Shown here: piece by piece, positions 13,374-27,830 of the stretch
How the letters are laid out: every line of letters starts with the position of its first letter
How positions within the stretch are numbered: position 1 is the first letter of the stretch
From: Octopus bimaculoides
Taxonomy: Eukaryota
DNA: 64,000 nucleotides
Direction: 5' to 3'
Assembly (NCBI RefSeq): GCF_001194135.2
Contig: NC_068997.1
Coordinates: forward strand, 9,760,933-9,824,932
Notes under the pieces: generated by a model
Seen by the model: the letters and a program-made list of their open reading frames with translations, nothing else
The model's database searches: none
Told to the model about the DNA's origin: nothing
Translations under genes and position numbers: made by a program

Positions 13374-13376
<3 letters not shown>
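12480..13376 (+). mobile_element. 5'-truncated RTE LINE (RT C-terminus) joined to the family-A 3' terminal module with (GAT)n tail
   Basis: It encodes KLEVVYSFRYLGDQVSSGGGCSESVAVRIRIGWAKFRELL…KGRLYD and ends …ccaacccatgctagcatggaaagcagacgttaaacgatgatgat. Confidence 0.85.
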
Positions 13377-13439
<63 letters not shown>

Positions 13440-14117
13440 ATAAGCATGTATGTACAGGAATTAAGGATGTGAAACAGTATTACAGTAATTAGGGATGTGA
13501 AACAGAATTTAGCCATCTTGTGCAGATCTTGATGCTCCACTTTCTCCCTCCTTGGGTAACTGAAACTCTCAACCATGACTAGATCTTAACAATTAACATA
13601 CTGAATGAGAAAGCAATTGGTTTTCTGTGTTTAATTGATATTCACAAAACAGCAATTTTCCTAAAAGAAAAAAAGAAAGAGATAAGAAAACGACCTACAC
13701 AAATCCACTGAAAGACTTAAGCTCCATGTGCTTCTTAGCATAACTAATTTAAAAGAGAATCTTTTAACATATTTAATACTCTGCACATTAAATATGTCGA
13801 CATTAACTTAGTTATAAAAACTAGTCTTGTTTGATACTTCATACATATCTTGTTGGTACAAAATACAATCATAATACAACAGAAAGCAACAATGTTGTCG
13901 TTTAGTTGATGTAACTATTAACTACTTTGGTTTTGTTTTTTTTTTGTTTAATAAACAAGTTACCCCAGCCCCACTTATATAGACTTAGGATACACATGTC
14001 ACTTTGACATGACTTAGTATCGCCTGAGAGTTGATGATGGAGACTGTGTACTCTTATCAACCTCCTCTATGTCTTTTCCTTCTTTTTCTTTTCTCCTTTT
14101 TTTACATGCTGTAGATA

Positions 14118-14330
14118 TCATCATCCTCATCGTTGTTTAACGTCCACTTGGGTTGGGCGATTTGACTGAGGACTGGTGGACCAGGAGGTGACACCAGGCT
14201 CCAATCTGATTTGGCAGAGTTTCTACAGCTGGATGCCCTTCTTAACGCCAACCACTCCGAGAGTGTAGTGGGTGCTTTTACGTGCCACCAGCACGAGGGC
14301 CAGTCAGGTGGTACTGGCAACGGCCATCAG
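14118..14330 (-). mobile_element. Family-A element, inverted relative to the 12265 and 13270 copies
   Basis: It is a reverse-complement match to 12265-12463. Confidence 0.88.
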
Positions 14331-16007
14331 ATGTAAAGGCATGTGGCTTAGCGGTTAGGTCATTCGGCTCATGATCGTAAGGTCACAGGTTCAATTCCTG
14401 GTGACATGTTGTGTCCTTTCTCAACATACTCACAAGATAGTGTGGATTTCTACTTGGAGCCTTTTCCATAACATTAGCTGAGACTCTCTTTGGAGTCCCT
14501 TGGGCAATCCAGTGACTGCTTTGTTTGACACCCTTCTGGTAACTCCAGAGTAGGTGGAGCTCTTCAGCTCTGCAACGCAATTCATCTCGGAGAAGGTCAC
14601 TCCAGTGTTAAAACTTACAGCTTGCTGGTCAACCCAGTCATCTTAGCTGACCGAGCGATTGTGGGCAGGTCTTCTTGTTTAAAGAGTAGCGTCAGATTGA
14701 GTGTACCGGTTCTTAATTTAAAATCACCAACCACTAACAGGAAGAAAAGCCCTACAGATTCAAGGGTCAGTTTATGTTGCCAATTGAGGGTAGGCCACTT
14801 TTCTATGTGATCTTTGCTATCATCATCATCATCATCACTACAAACATCACCACCATCACAACAACCACTACCACCACTATTACCACCATTTCCACTGCCG
14901 CCGCCACCACCACCACAATCACATATTGTGCTAATAATAGAAGCCATACATATTGAACCAATACATAGTGTGTCCATACCACACACTCCACACCACACAG
15001 CATACCCCACAATTATTTTGTCCATGAGACATACGCACATTATGTCCACGGGACACACTACATACACTGTCAGCCTAGTATATATTACATATACAATGTC
15101 CATGGTACATACTCAGCATTTATTGTGTCCATAGTATGTACTATGTCCACACACTATGTATCGTTAGTATGTATGTATAGGGCCTTGTAGAAACCAATTT
15201 GAATCTCCTCGGTGGCAAAGATAAAAGAGTTATAAAGCATTGACATCTTTGTGCAGATTCCCAAACAGTGAAATGAACAAACCATGACAATGTTGTTTGA
15301 GACTATTTTTATCTATTGATCCTCATTGCAATCAATACTACAATCTATCATGTGTGTATATTGGTGAAAGTTTCTATATATATACATATATATATGTGTG
15401 TGTGTGTGCACATGCATGCGTGTTTGTGTGCCCATGTATGCGTGTGTGTGTGCAGAAATAATAATAACAACAGTAATATTATCTTTCTCTCTCTCTCCTT
15501 CTCTCTTTATATTTTATATATTCTTTTCTACTCTAGGCACAAAACCTGAAATTTTTGGGGGGGAGGGGTCCAGTCAATTAGATCGACCCCAGTACCAACT
15601 GGTACTTAATTTATTGACCCCGAAAGGATGAAAGGCAAAATCGANNNNNNNNNNNNNNNNNNNNNNNNNNNNNNNNNNNNNNNNNNNNNNNNNNNNNNNN
15701 NNNNNNNNNNNNNNNNNNNNNNNNNNNNNNNNNNNNNNNNNNNNNNNNNNNNNNNNNNNNNNNNNNNNNNNNNNNNNNNNNNNNNNNNNNNNNNNNNNNN
15801 NNNNNNNNNNNNNNNNNNNNNNNNNNNNNNNNNNNNNNNNNNNNNNNNNNNNNNNNNTAGTACTCATTTTATTGACCATGAAAAGATGATCGGCAAAATC
15901 GACCCCAGCAGAATTTGAACTCAAAACATAGCAGCAGACAAAATACCAGCAAGCATTACACCCGACATGCTAATGATTCTGTCAGCTCGCTGCCATTTTA
16001 TATAATT

Positions 16008-16039
<32 letters not shown>

Positions 16040-16161
16040 GATGATACATATAGAATGTATCTAGATGTGTGAGTGTGTATGCATATGAGCGTGCATGTGT
16101 GTGTCATGCCAGAATGGAAGGCAGAGGTTAAACGATGATGATGATGATAAAGATGTGCATA

Positions 16162-16208
<47 letters not shown>

Positions 16209-16319
16209 TTTTTTAATAAATAATATAATATATTTATGAATTTGTGTGTGGTTGCAAGATTGTGTGAGTATGTATGTGACATGATATGATACAAAAGGCT
16301 ATTTCCTATCCATAACATT

Positions 16320-17335
16320 GAAGATATAAAAAAATTAACAACAGCAATAACAACAACAACAACAACAATGATAATGATAATACAATATAAGAAAAATATA
16401 AATGCATTATTATGAAAATGATTTTCATACCATTTGTATACAAATTATAAGCAAAACGGGAAATTGTAAAATATATGTATGAGGAGTCAGTTCGTTCTTG
16501 TTATTGTGGTTGTTCTTGTTGTCACTAAACTTTCTTCGTGTCTTTGTGTCACCATCATCTCCTGCTCCTCCTTTATCTGTTGCCCTCATCACCATCATCA
16601 TCATCATCATCAGTGTGTGGGTCTTCCTGATAGCTTCTTTGCTGTTATGCAATTACTTGTATCTGCTGGTGGTGTGCCTCGCCTTATTGAATGGCACTTG
16701 TTATAACTAATCATGGAAATCATATGAAAAAAGAAAGAAAAAAAGAAACAGGAAATAAATTACCACCACCACCACCACCACCACCACCACCGCCGCTACC
16801 TCCCCTTGTCGTTGTTGTCATCATCATAATGATCACCACGATCACCATAGTCATCATCATCATCGTCATATGGATCACCATAATCATCGTCATGATCATG
16901 ATCATCACTGCCACCACCACCACCACCAACAACAACAATCACAGCAACAACATTAAGTATGGGATAAATAAATTGATATAAGGAAAAAAGAATCTTTCCT
17001 CACCTGCCTTTTCACCCCACCTCCACCTAATTGCCACCACCAGCACCAGCAGCAGCAGCAGTATTATGATCGGCACCATCCTCTTCCCATTTCATTATTT
17101 TCTGAACAGCATCATATATTGTATTTTCCTTATTTCCTTATGCTCATCATCATCATCATCATCATCATCGTCGTCATTGCTATCATCATCACCACCACCG
17201 CCACCACCATCATAACTTCCACCACCACCTTGCCTCTCTTTCACTGTATTATTATTGTTATTGCCATCATCTTCAGCAGCAGCAGCAAGCCCGCTGCTGT
17301 TGTGATGAAGGTTAAACGTCAGTTTTTGTGACCCT
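16320..17335. repeat. Mixed trinucleotide low-complexity region (CAT/CAC/CAA/CAG)
   Basis: The repeats are directly visible. Similar tracts occur at 11090-11460, 14815-14935, 49960-50345 and 59200-59900. Confidence 0.9.
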
Positions 17336-18999
17336 GGTTTCTGATTCACTTTTCTGCAATACTCATTTTTCTTCATCTGTTTCCATTATTCTGGGACTTC
17401 TCTCTCAGACTTCCCCAATTTACTCACATATAGGCACAGGAGTGGCTGTGTGGTAAGTAGCTTGTTTCCCAACCACATGGTTCTGGGTTCAGTCCTACTG
17501 CATGGCAGTAGGACAACACAAATACCAGCACACAACAACACAAATACCAAATATATTCAATTCACTTCTTGAATTGTCAATGGCCCTTTGCCATGTGGTT
17601 TTAAGGCACCCCACTGTGCTTTACCCCTCAGTCCGCCACTTTAATGCTACCTTACAATCACTTTCTTGATTTTGTCCAAGGACTCGTCCAATCCAGTTCC
17701 AGCATCTTCATCGGATTTCATCACTGATCCTGTTGATACCTGTTGTCTGTTGTCGTCTCAACTGTATCACTTCTGACTCATTGCAAACACTTGATACTTT
17801 GTATTTTCCTTAAACACATGAACTGGAAGCTGTCCATTGTTTTTTTTCTCTCATTTTTGTCACAACACAATAGACAGCTTCCATTAATTTACCCAGCCAA
17901 TGCCAGTACTGCCTTTTCATGGCCAATGCCAGTACTGCCTGACTAGCACTCGTGCCATCTGAATGGCCCTGTGCTGGTGGCATGTAAAAAACATCCACTA
18001 CACTCTCTGAGTGGTTGGTGTTAGGAAGGGCATCCAGCTGTAGAAACCTTGCCAGGTCATATTGGTGCATAGTGTAGCTTCCTGGCCTGCCAGTCCTCAA
18101 TCAAACCGTCCAACCCATGCCAGCATGGAAAGCGGACATTAAATGATGATGATATCCCTTTGTCCAACCGTTCCCTCTTACAAGTTACCACCAGCTCAGC
18201 TCTATGAACTTGCCCCCACCTCTGCCATCTTTCTCTTACTCCAACTTCTCCTTGTATCAATTACCATCGGCTCAGCTGAGTACACTTACCCAGACACTGT
18301 ACATTTCTTGGCATCAGGAAGGGCATCCAGTTGTAGAAACCATGCCAAAGCTGACCACTGGCATTCAGTGCAGCACCCTGCTGTTTACCAGGTCCTGTCC
18401 AACCGTCCAACCCATGCCAGCATGGAAAACGGACACTAAACGACTATGATGATGATGATGTCAGTGCTAACACAGTTAACATAGTGAACCAATAGATGTT
18501 AATTAATTAAATTACGTCCCTGGCGAGGTAATAAAGTCATTAGCTTAATAATTAATTCTGGACAACAAAATCAATAGAAATAATTCTGAAATTTTAATTA
18601 ATTAATTAATTGAAATTTTAAAAATTAGTTGACCTACTTTTTCTTCGATTATTTACCAAGACTTTCAGTCTCACTACATGGCACTTCGGGCAAGTGTCTT
18701 CCACTATAGATGTGGACCAACCTGAAGCTTTGTGAGTGGATTTGATGGACAGAAACTGAAAAAAGCCCATTATAAATATGTGTGTGTGTGTGTATGTATA
18801 TGTCCTTGTATTGACAATCACATCATCATCATCATCATCATCGTTTAACGTCCGCTTTCCATGCTAGCATGGGTTGGACGATTTGACTGAGGACTGGTGA
18901 AACCGGATGGCAACACCAGGCTCCAGTCTGATTTGGCAGAGTTTCTACAGCTGGATGCCCTTCCTAACGCCAACCACTCAGAGAAATGAGGATCACCGT

Positions 19000-19447
19000 C
19001 ACACAAGCGAGGTTGTTTGTTTTCAGTGGTTCCAACAGGATGGTGCCCCCTGCCCATTTTGTCATGGCAGTAAGAGATTGACTGAATGACAATTCCCTAA
19101 CTGGATTGGATGAAGTGGTCTCCTCATTCACCAGACTGTAGCCCTGTTGACTTCTTTTTCTGGGGTCTGCTAAAGGAGAAAGTGTTCCCAATGAAAATCA
19201 CAGATGCAACACATTTGATGGAATGCATAAAGAATGAATGTGCTCAAATTGATGCCAGTGTGGGGTTATTGCATTGAGTTCCCATAAATCTTGCAAAGCA
19301 CATTGACCCTTGCATCACAAATGGTGGAAATCATAATGATATTATTTGATAATATTCCAAGTGAATAAAATGTTGTTGAAAATTTTATGTGTATTTCTTA
19401 AAAATATATATTTTAATTATGTGTCCAGATTTTAGGGACACCCTGTA
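19000..19447 (+). mobile_element. Tc1/mariner (maT/rosa-like) transposon 3' half, pseudogenised
   Basis: It encodes WFQQDGAP (from 19027) …FPNWIG*…SPDCSPVDFFFWGLLKEKVF…CITNGGNH. The right TIR is …ttttagggacaccctg followed by TA (19446-19447). Confidence 0.85.
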
Positions 19448-20844
19448 GAATAAATATTGCAGAGCATTTCATCCAGCTCTCTAAGTCACTTCTCCATTCA
19501 TCCCTCTCTCTCCTTCCAGGAAGATGGGTGGGTGTGCAGGCGAATGGATGGGTAAACAGATAAAGAAGCAAAATTTTTGTATAAAAACAATTATCAAAAA
19601 TTACTGCAACAATACAAATAAATATGGTAAAAACAAAAGCTTTGAAAAGAATTAGATAACAATTGACAAACTCTTGAAAAGCAATTTTGACAAAGTATGA
19701 AAATAAATCAGAGAATCTTCAGGTATTTTTATCAATATCAACAGATGAAAATTCATATTTTGCTATTTGTGGCTTCTGATAAATAAACAGGTGTGACTTC
19801 TGATAAATATATATTCTAAGAAGTGTTGGAATATTGTTATCAGTTTAGAGAAGCACCAATAAAATAATACAAAATAATGACAGTAAAAAAAATACAACAA
19901 ATATCAAACGAGCAAAACAAAACAAACCTCAATTCAGAAATTTATATCAAAAAGCAATCAGACTAGGAGTAAATTATAGCTTAGTAATAAAATAATATAA
20001 TTGATGAAAGAAAAGAAAGAATGAAAGGAAGATTAATGTTTTTCATATATTTTTCTATATTTTTAAATTTTTTTTTTATTTGTTAACAATGATATATAAT
20101 TAACGATGTTATTTACTGAAGATTTACATAGGTTTTGAGAAACAGAAAACAGATAAAATCCCATTAGTCTAACTGAAAAACTGTGGCATTAGCTACGGGT
20201 GGTGGTAGTGGTGGTGGTGGTGGAGGTGGTGGTGAATTTAAATAAATGGTGTGGAAAAACCAGAAAACAGCTCTGGAATGGAATAAATATTGAAGTGTAA
20301 GAGGAGTGTNNNNNNNNNNGATGTTAAAAGCATCAGCTCCCTTAATTATACATGCTTCTTTTTGTCGACATGCAAGCTGTATGATCCCCCACAAATCAAT
20401 ATAATATAATATAATTCATTAATAAACGGAATTAATTGGAAAATTTTCAAATGGAATGTACACCAAAAACTGTTGATGTGATGGAGCAAACAACTGCAAT
20501 CATAATCCAATTGTTGTCATTAGTAAATTAAGGTAAAAATTATGTAGCTATTAAAATATGACAATCCTCTCTAAAGAACAGACGTTTGGCTATTGAGAAT
20601 GGTTTCTGCTTTAAAATAAAAATTAGTAAATAAACATGAAGTTGCCTACTGTGATTTCTCTGTTTACTTCCCAACAAACATTTTCCATTTCTCATTTTTA
20701 ATATTTGTAAAACTGAGGAGGCAAATCGAAAGGGGCTGGGAAAGGGGTGAATCAGAATCAGACGAATGCCTTCCAATATTTGTTTCAGTTCTCTGAAACA
20801 TCCTGGGTTCAGATCCTGCCATGGCTGACACTCCCTTTCATTGT

Positions 20845-21232
20845 TCTTTTATTCTTTTTACTTGTTTCAGTCATTTGACTGCGGCCATGCTGGAGCACCG
20901 CCTTAAAGAGTTTTTTTTTTAGTCAAAGAAATTGACCCCCAAAACTTATTCTTTGTAAGCCTAGTACTTGTTCTATCGGTCCCTTTTGCCAAATTGCTAA
21001 GTTACAGGGACATAAACACACCAACATTGGTTGTCAAACAATGGTGAGGGTACAAACATAGAAATACACACACACATACACAACAGGCTTCTTTCAGTTT
21101 CCATTTACCAAATCCACTCACAAGCTTTGGTTGGCCTGAGGCTATAGTAGAAGACTATAAGTGCCACGCAGTGGGACTGAACCCAGAACCATGTGGTTGG
21201 GAGCAAGCTTCTTACCACACAGCTGCATCTGT
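20845..21232 (-). mobile_element. Family B SINE, near full length
   Basis: It is colinear with 48170-48592. Confidence 0.85.
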
Positions 21233-23084
21233 GCTTATTCCTTTTTTTTTTTTTTTTTGAGTAGAGCTATAAATGAAGAACCAGGTCAGGTTAGTGGATT
21301 GGTTGAATCATGAGAGCATCATATGAGAAATTTTGTGGTAGCATGCTCGGCTATATAGATGCAGGTGTGGATAAGAGGTTGTGTGATTTTTGGATTCAGT
21401 TTCACTGTGGGGTACCTTCAGAAAGTGTCTTCTACTATGGCCGTGGCCCAACCAATGGCTTGTGAATGAATTTGGTAGACAGAAGTCATATAGAAACTCA
21501 TTGTATGTGTATGGTGTCACATAAAAAGCACCAAATCCACTCTGTAAAGTGGTTGGTATTAAGAAGGGCATCCAGCCATAAAAATCATACGAAAGCAGTG
21601 GAGATTGTCTTAATAACTGACGAGATGTCAGAGCAGATTTCCGCCCGACTGAAACTCAGAGTTTTATTATGGCAACTGAATAATTGTCACATATTATATT
21701 ACAGACACAGACACAAACACACACACATATATGGGGATTGCTAGAAAGTGAACAAAATCACAGGATTTGAAATCTGTTGCAAGCAGTTGGTAGAGCAGGC
21801 ATCTGGTCTGAGAACAAATTCTTCCTTTCCTCCCAATAGTCTGTGGAATTCTAAGTTACTTAGCAGTTAATTCAATGCAAAAACAAAAACAAAACAATTC
21901 TTCCATTGATTGAAAAATAGGAACACCCATCATCAAAACTGACAGAGATTCATTATTATAATTTTATCTCTACAAGTAGCGCCATAAATTCACAGATAAT
22001 TCATCTTGATAATTCGTACACCAGCAAACTTGCAGAATAAAATTGAATTAAATTTTTCCTCTTAGAGTCGTCTCAAGTTCACTCATCAATTTTAATTCCA
22101 TATGGTGATCAAAATTACAAGAAGGAAAAGTCAAACATGATTTTATTAGTAGCTGCATGGCTATGTGGTTGAGAAGTCTATTTCTCAAACACACAGTTTT
22201 GGATTCAGTTCCATTGTGTGGCACCTTAGACAAGTGTCTTCTATAATAGCCTTGGGCTGACCAAAGCTATGTGAGTAGATTTGGCAAAGAGAAACTGAAC
22301 AAAGCCCATCATATATATGTGTGTGGGTGTGTGTGAGTTTGTGTCTCCTCTTCTCTTGACTTGGTATGATAGTTGTAAACATTGTCATCATTCATTTACA
22401 ATTTCCCTTGGGAACATATCAGGTAAAGGGGAAACATCTCACTTTGCTGGGAATCAAGTAAGGGTTAGTGACAGGAAGAACACCCAACTGTAGAAGATCT
22501 GCCTCAACTGATTCCATTTGACCCATGCATTATTTGACAGTAAATTTGGTAAATATCCAGAAGAGATTTAAGGAGAGGAACATATAAAATATAGATAAGT
22601 TCATCATCATCACCATCACNNNNNNNNNNNNNNNNNNNNNNNNNNNNNNNNNNNNNNNNNNNNNNNNNNNNNNNNNNNNNNNNNNNNNNNNNNNNNNNNN
22701 NNNNNNNNNNNNNNNNNNNNNNNNNNNNNCACCACCACCACCACCACCACCATCACCACCACCATCATTGCTGCCGCCGCCACCGTCATCGTCATTGTCA
22801 TCATCAGCATCATCATCATTTAATGTCCATGTTTCATGCTGGCATGGGTTGGATGGTTTGACCGGATCTGAAGCTTCCAAGAACTGTATTGAGCTTCAAT
22901 GTCTGCTTTGGCATCCAGTTTTTATGACTGGATGCCTCTCCTAATGCCAACCGCTTTACAACTTGAACTGGGGGCTTTTTTTTTTGTGCTAGCTGCATTA
23001 TTGAGGTCATGATGCAGTTTGCAGGATGAACCTTGGAGGAGGTTGAGGGGGTAGCTTTATGCTAGGGGATGATGGGAAGTTAGG

Positions 23085-24195
23085 GACAAAGAATTTGAGA
23101 AAGTGCATGCACAACAGAGTGTAAGTGTCCTGAGAGAAAAGTTGGACATAAGAAGCATCAAATGTGGTGTGCAAGAGAGACGACTGTGCTGGTATGGTCA
23201 TGTGTTGTGTATGGATGAGGACAGCTGTGTGAAAAAGTGTTACACCCTAACAGGGGAGGGAACCTGTGAAAGAGGTAGATCCAGGATGAGGTGGTGAAGC
23301 ACGATCTTTGAACGTTTGGCCTCACAGAGGCAATGACAAGCAACTGAGACCTTTGGAGATATGCTGTGCTTGCGAAGACCCGGCAAGCCAAGTGTGACCA
23401 TAACTGTAGCCTATGCCAGTATTGCATAACCCACCCATTTAAGAATATTCTTCAATCATTGGGCAATAAAATTGAGAAGACATGTTGAGTCAAATGAAGT
23501 AATTTTTGTGGCCAATACCAGAACCGCCTGACTGGTCTTGTGCTGGTGGAGCGTAAAAAGCACCATTCAAGCGTGGTCAATGCCAGTCCCACCAGACTGG
23601 CAAATAAAATGCACCATACAAACATGGTCGATGCCAGTGCCGCCTGACTGGTCTTGTGCTGGTGGAGTGTAAAAAGCACCATTCAAGCATGGTCAATGCC
23701 AGTCCCACCAAACTGGCAAATAAAATGCACCATACAAACATGGTCGATGCCAGTGCCGCCTGACTGGTCTTGTGCTGGTGGAGTGTAAAAAGCACCATTC
23801 AAGCATGGTCAATGCCAGTCCCACCNNNNNNNNNNNNNNNNNNNNNNNNNNNNNNNNNNNNNNNNNNNNNNNNNNNNNNNNNNNNNNNNNNNNNNNNNNN
23901 NNNNNNNNNNNNNNNNNNNNNNNNNNNNNNCTGGTGGAGTGTAAAAAGCACCATTCAAGCATGGTCAATGCCAGTCCCACCAGACTGGCTCTCGTATCGG
24001 TGGCATGTAAAAAGCACCCACTACACTCTTGGAGTGGTTGGCATTAGGAAGGACATCCAGCTATAGAAACCCTGTCAGATCAGATTGGAGCCTGGTGCAG
24101 CCTTCTGGCTTGCCAGCCCTCAGTTAAACTGTCCAGCTCATGCCAGCATGGAAAGTGGATGTTAAACAAAAACGACGACGTTGATGATGATGATG
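23085..24195 (+). mobile_element. 5'-truncated RTE LINE 3' end: ORF end, 3'UTR with 116-bp tandem repeat, family-A terminus
   Basis: It encodes SVSVLREKLDIRSIKCGVQERRLCWYGHVLCMDEDSCVKKC…GTCERGRSR, followed by the 3'UTR and a (GAT)n tail at ~24175-24195. Confidence 0.85.
23525..23990. repeat. 116-bp tandem repeat, at least 3 copies plus a gap
   Basis: cgcctgactggtcttgtgctggtggag… starts at 23525, 23641 and 23757, and the array continues after the N gap. Confidence 0.92.
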
Positions 24196-25329
24196 TAGGG
24201 CCAGGGATAACACAGAGTATAATTAAGTTGGTTGTAAATAATTTGGGGGAGATTTGGCTGCTGTGTCTAGCAGGATGGGCAGCCATGTAGATGAGATGCT
24301 CTCTTATTGGCTCATCATTGTTGTTAGGGCTGTAATTTTTCCTGGGTCTTATACCATGGCAAACATGTCAGTGAGAAGTGTGTTTCTCAGCAGCCCATTC
24401 TCCTGCCAAAAAAAAACAACATAGATTCATCTTAATCTTCTTAATGTTTTTATAATGAAAAGATTTGGTTGTCCCTGAGGACGACTATTTAAAAAAAAAA
24501 AACCCAAAACACAAAAAAACAACAACAAAAAAAAAGCCAGCAGAAAACATTTCTTTTTGTTTCACACTACTTAATGCTGTATAAAGTAATCTTTTAAGTG
24601 GCAGAATATATATNNNNNNNNNNNNNNNNNNNNNNNNNNNNNNNNNNNNNNNNNNNNNNNNNNNNNNNNNNNNNNNNNNNNNNNNNNNNNNNNNNNNNNN
24701 NNNNNNNNNNNNNNNNNNNNNNNNNNNNNNNNNNNNNNNNNNNNNNNNNNNNNNNNNNNNNNNNNNNNNNNNNNNNNNNNNNNNNNNNNNNNNNNNNNNN
24801 NNNNNNNNNNNNNNNNNNNNNNNNNNNNNNNNNNNNNNNNNNNNNNNNNNNNNNNNNNNNNNNNNNNNNNNNNNNNNNNNNNNNNNNNNNNNNNNNNNNN
24901 NNNNNNNNNNNNNNNNNNNNNNNNNNNNNNNNNNNNNNNNNNNNNNNNNNNNNNNNNNNNNNNNNNNNNNNNNNNNNNNNNNNNNNNNNNNNNNNNNNNN
25001 NNNNNNNNNNNNNNNNNNNNNNNNNNNNNNNNNNNNNNNNNNNNNNNNNNNNNNNNNNNNNNNNNNNNNNNNNNNNNNNNNNNNNNNNNNNNNNNNNNNN
25101 NNNNNNNNNNNNNNNNNNNNNNNNNNNNNNNNNNNNNNNNNNNNNNNNNNNNNNNNNNNNNNNNNNNNNNNNNNNNNNNNNNNNNNNNNNNNNNNNNNNN
25201 NNNNNNNNNNNNNNNNNNNNNNNNNNNNNNNNNNNNNNNNNNNNNNNNNNNNNNNNNNNNNNNNNNNNNNNNNNNNNNNNNNNNNNNNNNNNNNNNNNNN
25301 NNNNNNNNNNNNNNNNNNNNNNNNTATTA

Positions 25330-25378
<49 letters not shown>

Positions 25379-25769
25379 GAATGAGAGAGCAGTGCATGCC
25401 ATCAAAGTGACACTGGGGTAAAATATACGAAGCCCAATATACCCATCATGACTACCCATCTGATAAGGGTACACCAGCCACATGCATCACAACCCCATGT
25501 GCACGACATGGTGATCTTATATCAAGATAAACAGCGCATGACCTTGCAGGTAGGGCCCAGTTAGTTCTTCAGGTCAAGTAACCCATCCCACTCAAAAGGT
25601 CCCTGAGTAAGGGTTGTTTAAGGATGTTAAATGAAACACTAGTGTTTCCAAAGGTGAATTATTCCAAACACCAAAGAATTCCTCTCAACACGTGGCTATG
25701 ATGCTCCCCCACTAATTCTGCTTGTGATCAGAGATGCACATATCAGCTACTAAGGGACATACTCAACTG

Positions 25770-26350
25770 TCTTCGCATGTTAGTGGAACTTCCCTGAAGC
25801 TTGTGGGCTGGTGCAAAAGTTTAAGCCTCTCAGGGCTGTATTCTTGAGAAATGGGAAGCAGGAAGTTTCCCATTACTCGGGAAGCTAAATTTGATGCTAA
25901 AATTATTGGTGCTGACACAGTTATGTACCATCTTTAATGTTCAATCCTTAGCAGAAGAAGAAGAAGAGAGAGTGGTAAAAAAAAAGCCCAAATCTGCTAC
26001 CTTCAAAAGGGTTTTTTTTTTTGTACCTATCCTTATTTATAGTCATGAATGTTGGGCAATGACCGAAAGAGTAGAATCACCAAATACAAATGATTGAAAT
26101 GGAATTCCTCCAAAGGTCTTTGGAGTAAGATTATTTGACAAGGAACATAACTTGGAGCTCAGGGAATCCCTCCAGGTCAAGATTCCACTTTCAGAGGTCA
26201 TGACTCTGGTACTGCAGACAAGTGATTAGAAACTTTGCAAGAGGAATTCTTCAAGCCAAGCCAAATGACAGGTGGCTAGGAATAGATCAAGACTGAGCTA
26301 ATTGGCTAATGTCCATAGGCTCTATCCTCTTGGTCCTCCCACAATTGGTG
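25770..26350 (+). mobile_element. Degenerate RTE-type LINE RT fragment (second family)
   Basis: It contains PILIYSHECWAMTERV…EMEFLQR, matching the RTE motif PILTYGHESW.MTER. It shares gcatgttagtggaac with 31860. Confidence 0.7.
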
Positions 26351-26368
26351 GATGGAGAAGATCAATAA

Positions 26369-26408
<40 letters not shown>

Positions 26409-27759
26409 CAATTAAGATTTAGTTGAATTAGGTAGTTAAATTGAGGCAGCTTGTTAGGTCAGAGTAATGTGCACACCCAAGGAGTCACTTGAAACAGCCG
26501 TAATGAATTGACACCTGTACCTCTTTGTTACTCATTTATACTACACACNNNNNNNNNNNNNNNNNNNNNNNNNNNNNNNNNNNNNNNNNNNNNNNNNNNN
26601 NNNNNNNNNNNNNNNNNNNNNNNNNNNNNNNNNNNNNNNNNNNNNNNNNNNNNNNNNNNNNNNNNNNNNNNNNNNNNNNNNNNNNNNNNNNNNNNNNNNN
26701 NNNNNNNNNNNNNNNNNNNNNNNNNNNNNNNNNNNNNNTAGCAAGCCACTACACATATATATATATACATATAAATACACACACACACACACACACACAC
26801 ACCCACCCACCCAGGTAGCAATGCAGATAAACACAATAGGGTTTGACATATATATATATATATATATATATACATACACATGATTGAAACAAGTAAAAGA
26901 GTATATATAACATGCCAGTTTTCAGTCAAACCGTCCAACCCATCCCAGCATGGAAAACGGACGTTAGGTGATGATGATGATGATATATGTGTGTGTGTGT
27001 GAGATCATCTTGTAACATCCATCTTCCATGCTGGTATGGTTTCAATGACCTAACTAGATCTGGCAGCTCCAAGACCTGCATTGTGTACCAATACCTGCTT
27101 AGGCACGTGCACACGTGCACGCATACACACACACACGCAAATTTTATGTCTACCGTATGCCGTGCATTATTAGGTCAATATACAATATAATAAATATATC
27201 CCAATAGCTATTATTTGAACTTGAAAACCTTTAGTTCAAATCCTGAGGTTCAATGTCCTAACACTTCAACTCCATGCCACTTAGTTCCTTGTAGGTCAAT
27301 TATATTCTTGAAAAATTTCTATTACATTTCCTGATAACTCATCTCAAACAGAATAGTGTCATAAGGAAAACAGTTTCCAAGCATTTTTTAGGCTTTTGCT
27401 ATAAAAAATGAAAAAAATTAAAAATGTGGGGAGAAAAAGACTCCAAAAACATTAAAACGAGAACAGCAAGCCACAAAGTCAAAAAGCAATAACTAAATGA
27501 AAAAAGAAAAAAATAATGATGAATCTTTTATTTTAATTTGTAAAATTTGTATTGTCTATTTAAAATGTTCAACTGAGGTGATAGGATTCCTCAGGTAATG
27601 TTCTGTCTAGATATTGACAACGTATTCTTTTGTAACATTTTTGTAAACATTACTAGTTTGTCACCTTATCTCTAGAAATGTGAAAAATGGAAATGAAATA
27701 AATAAAGCAAAAAAACAAAACAAAAAAGAACAGGAAAGAGCAAAGAACAAGACGCATGT

Positions 27760-27789
27760 ATATTTGTATGTATACAAACACACACATAC

Positions 27790-27830
<41 letters not shown>

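Noticed and set aside
14338-14420. tRNA-like sequence with A and B boxes
   Set aside because: It is a SINE head (family E): there is no complete cloverleaf and it runs into the SINE body. The same applies to the other tRNA-like heads, so no tRNA genes were called.
23525-23990. CRISPR-like or other prokaryotic system
   Set aside because: The repeats are contiguous tandem units without unique spacers, in a clearly eukaryotic context with no cas or other bacterial genes.
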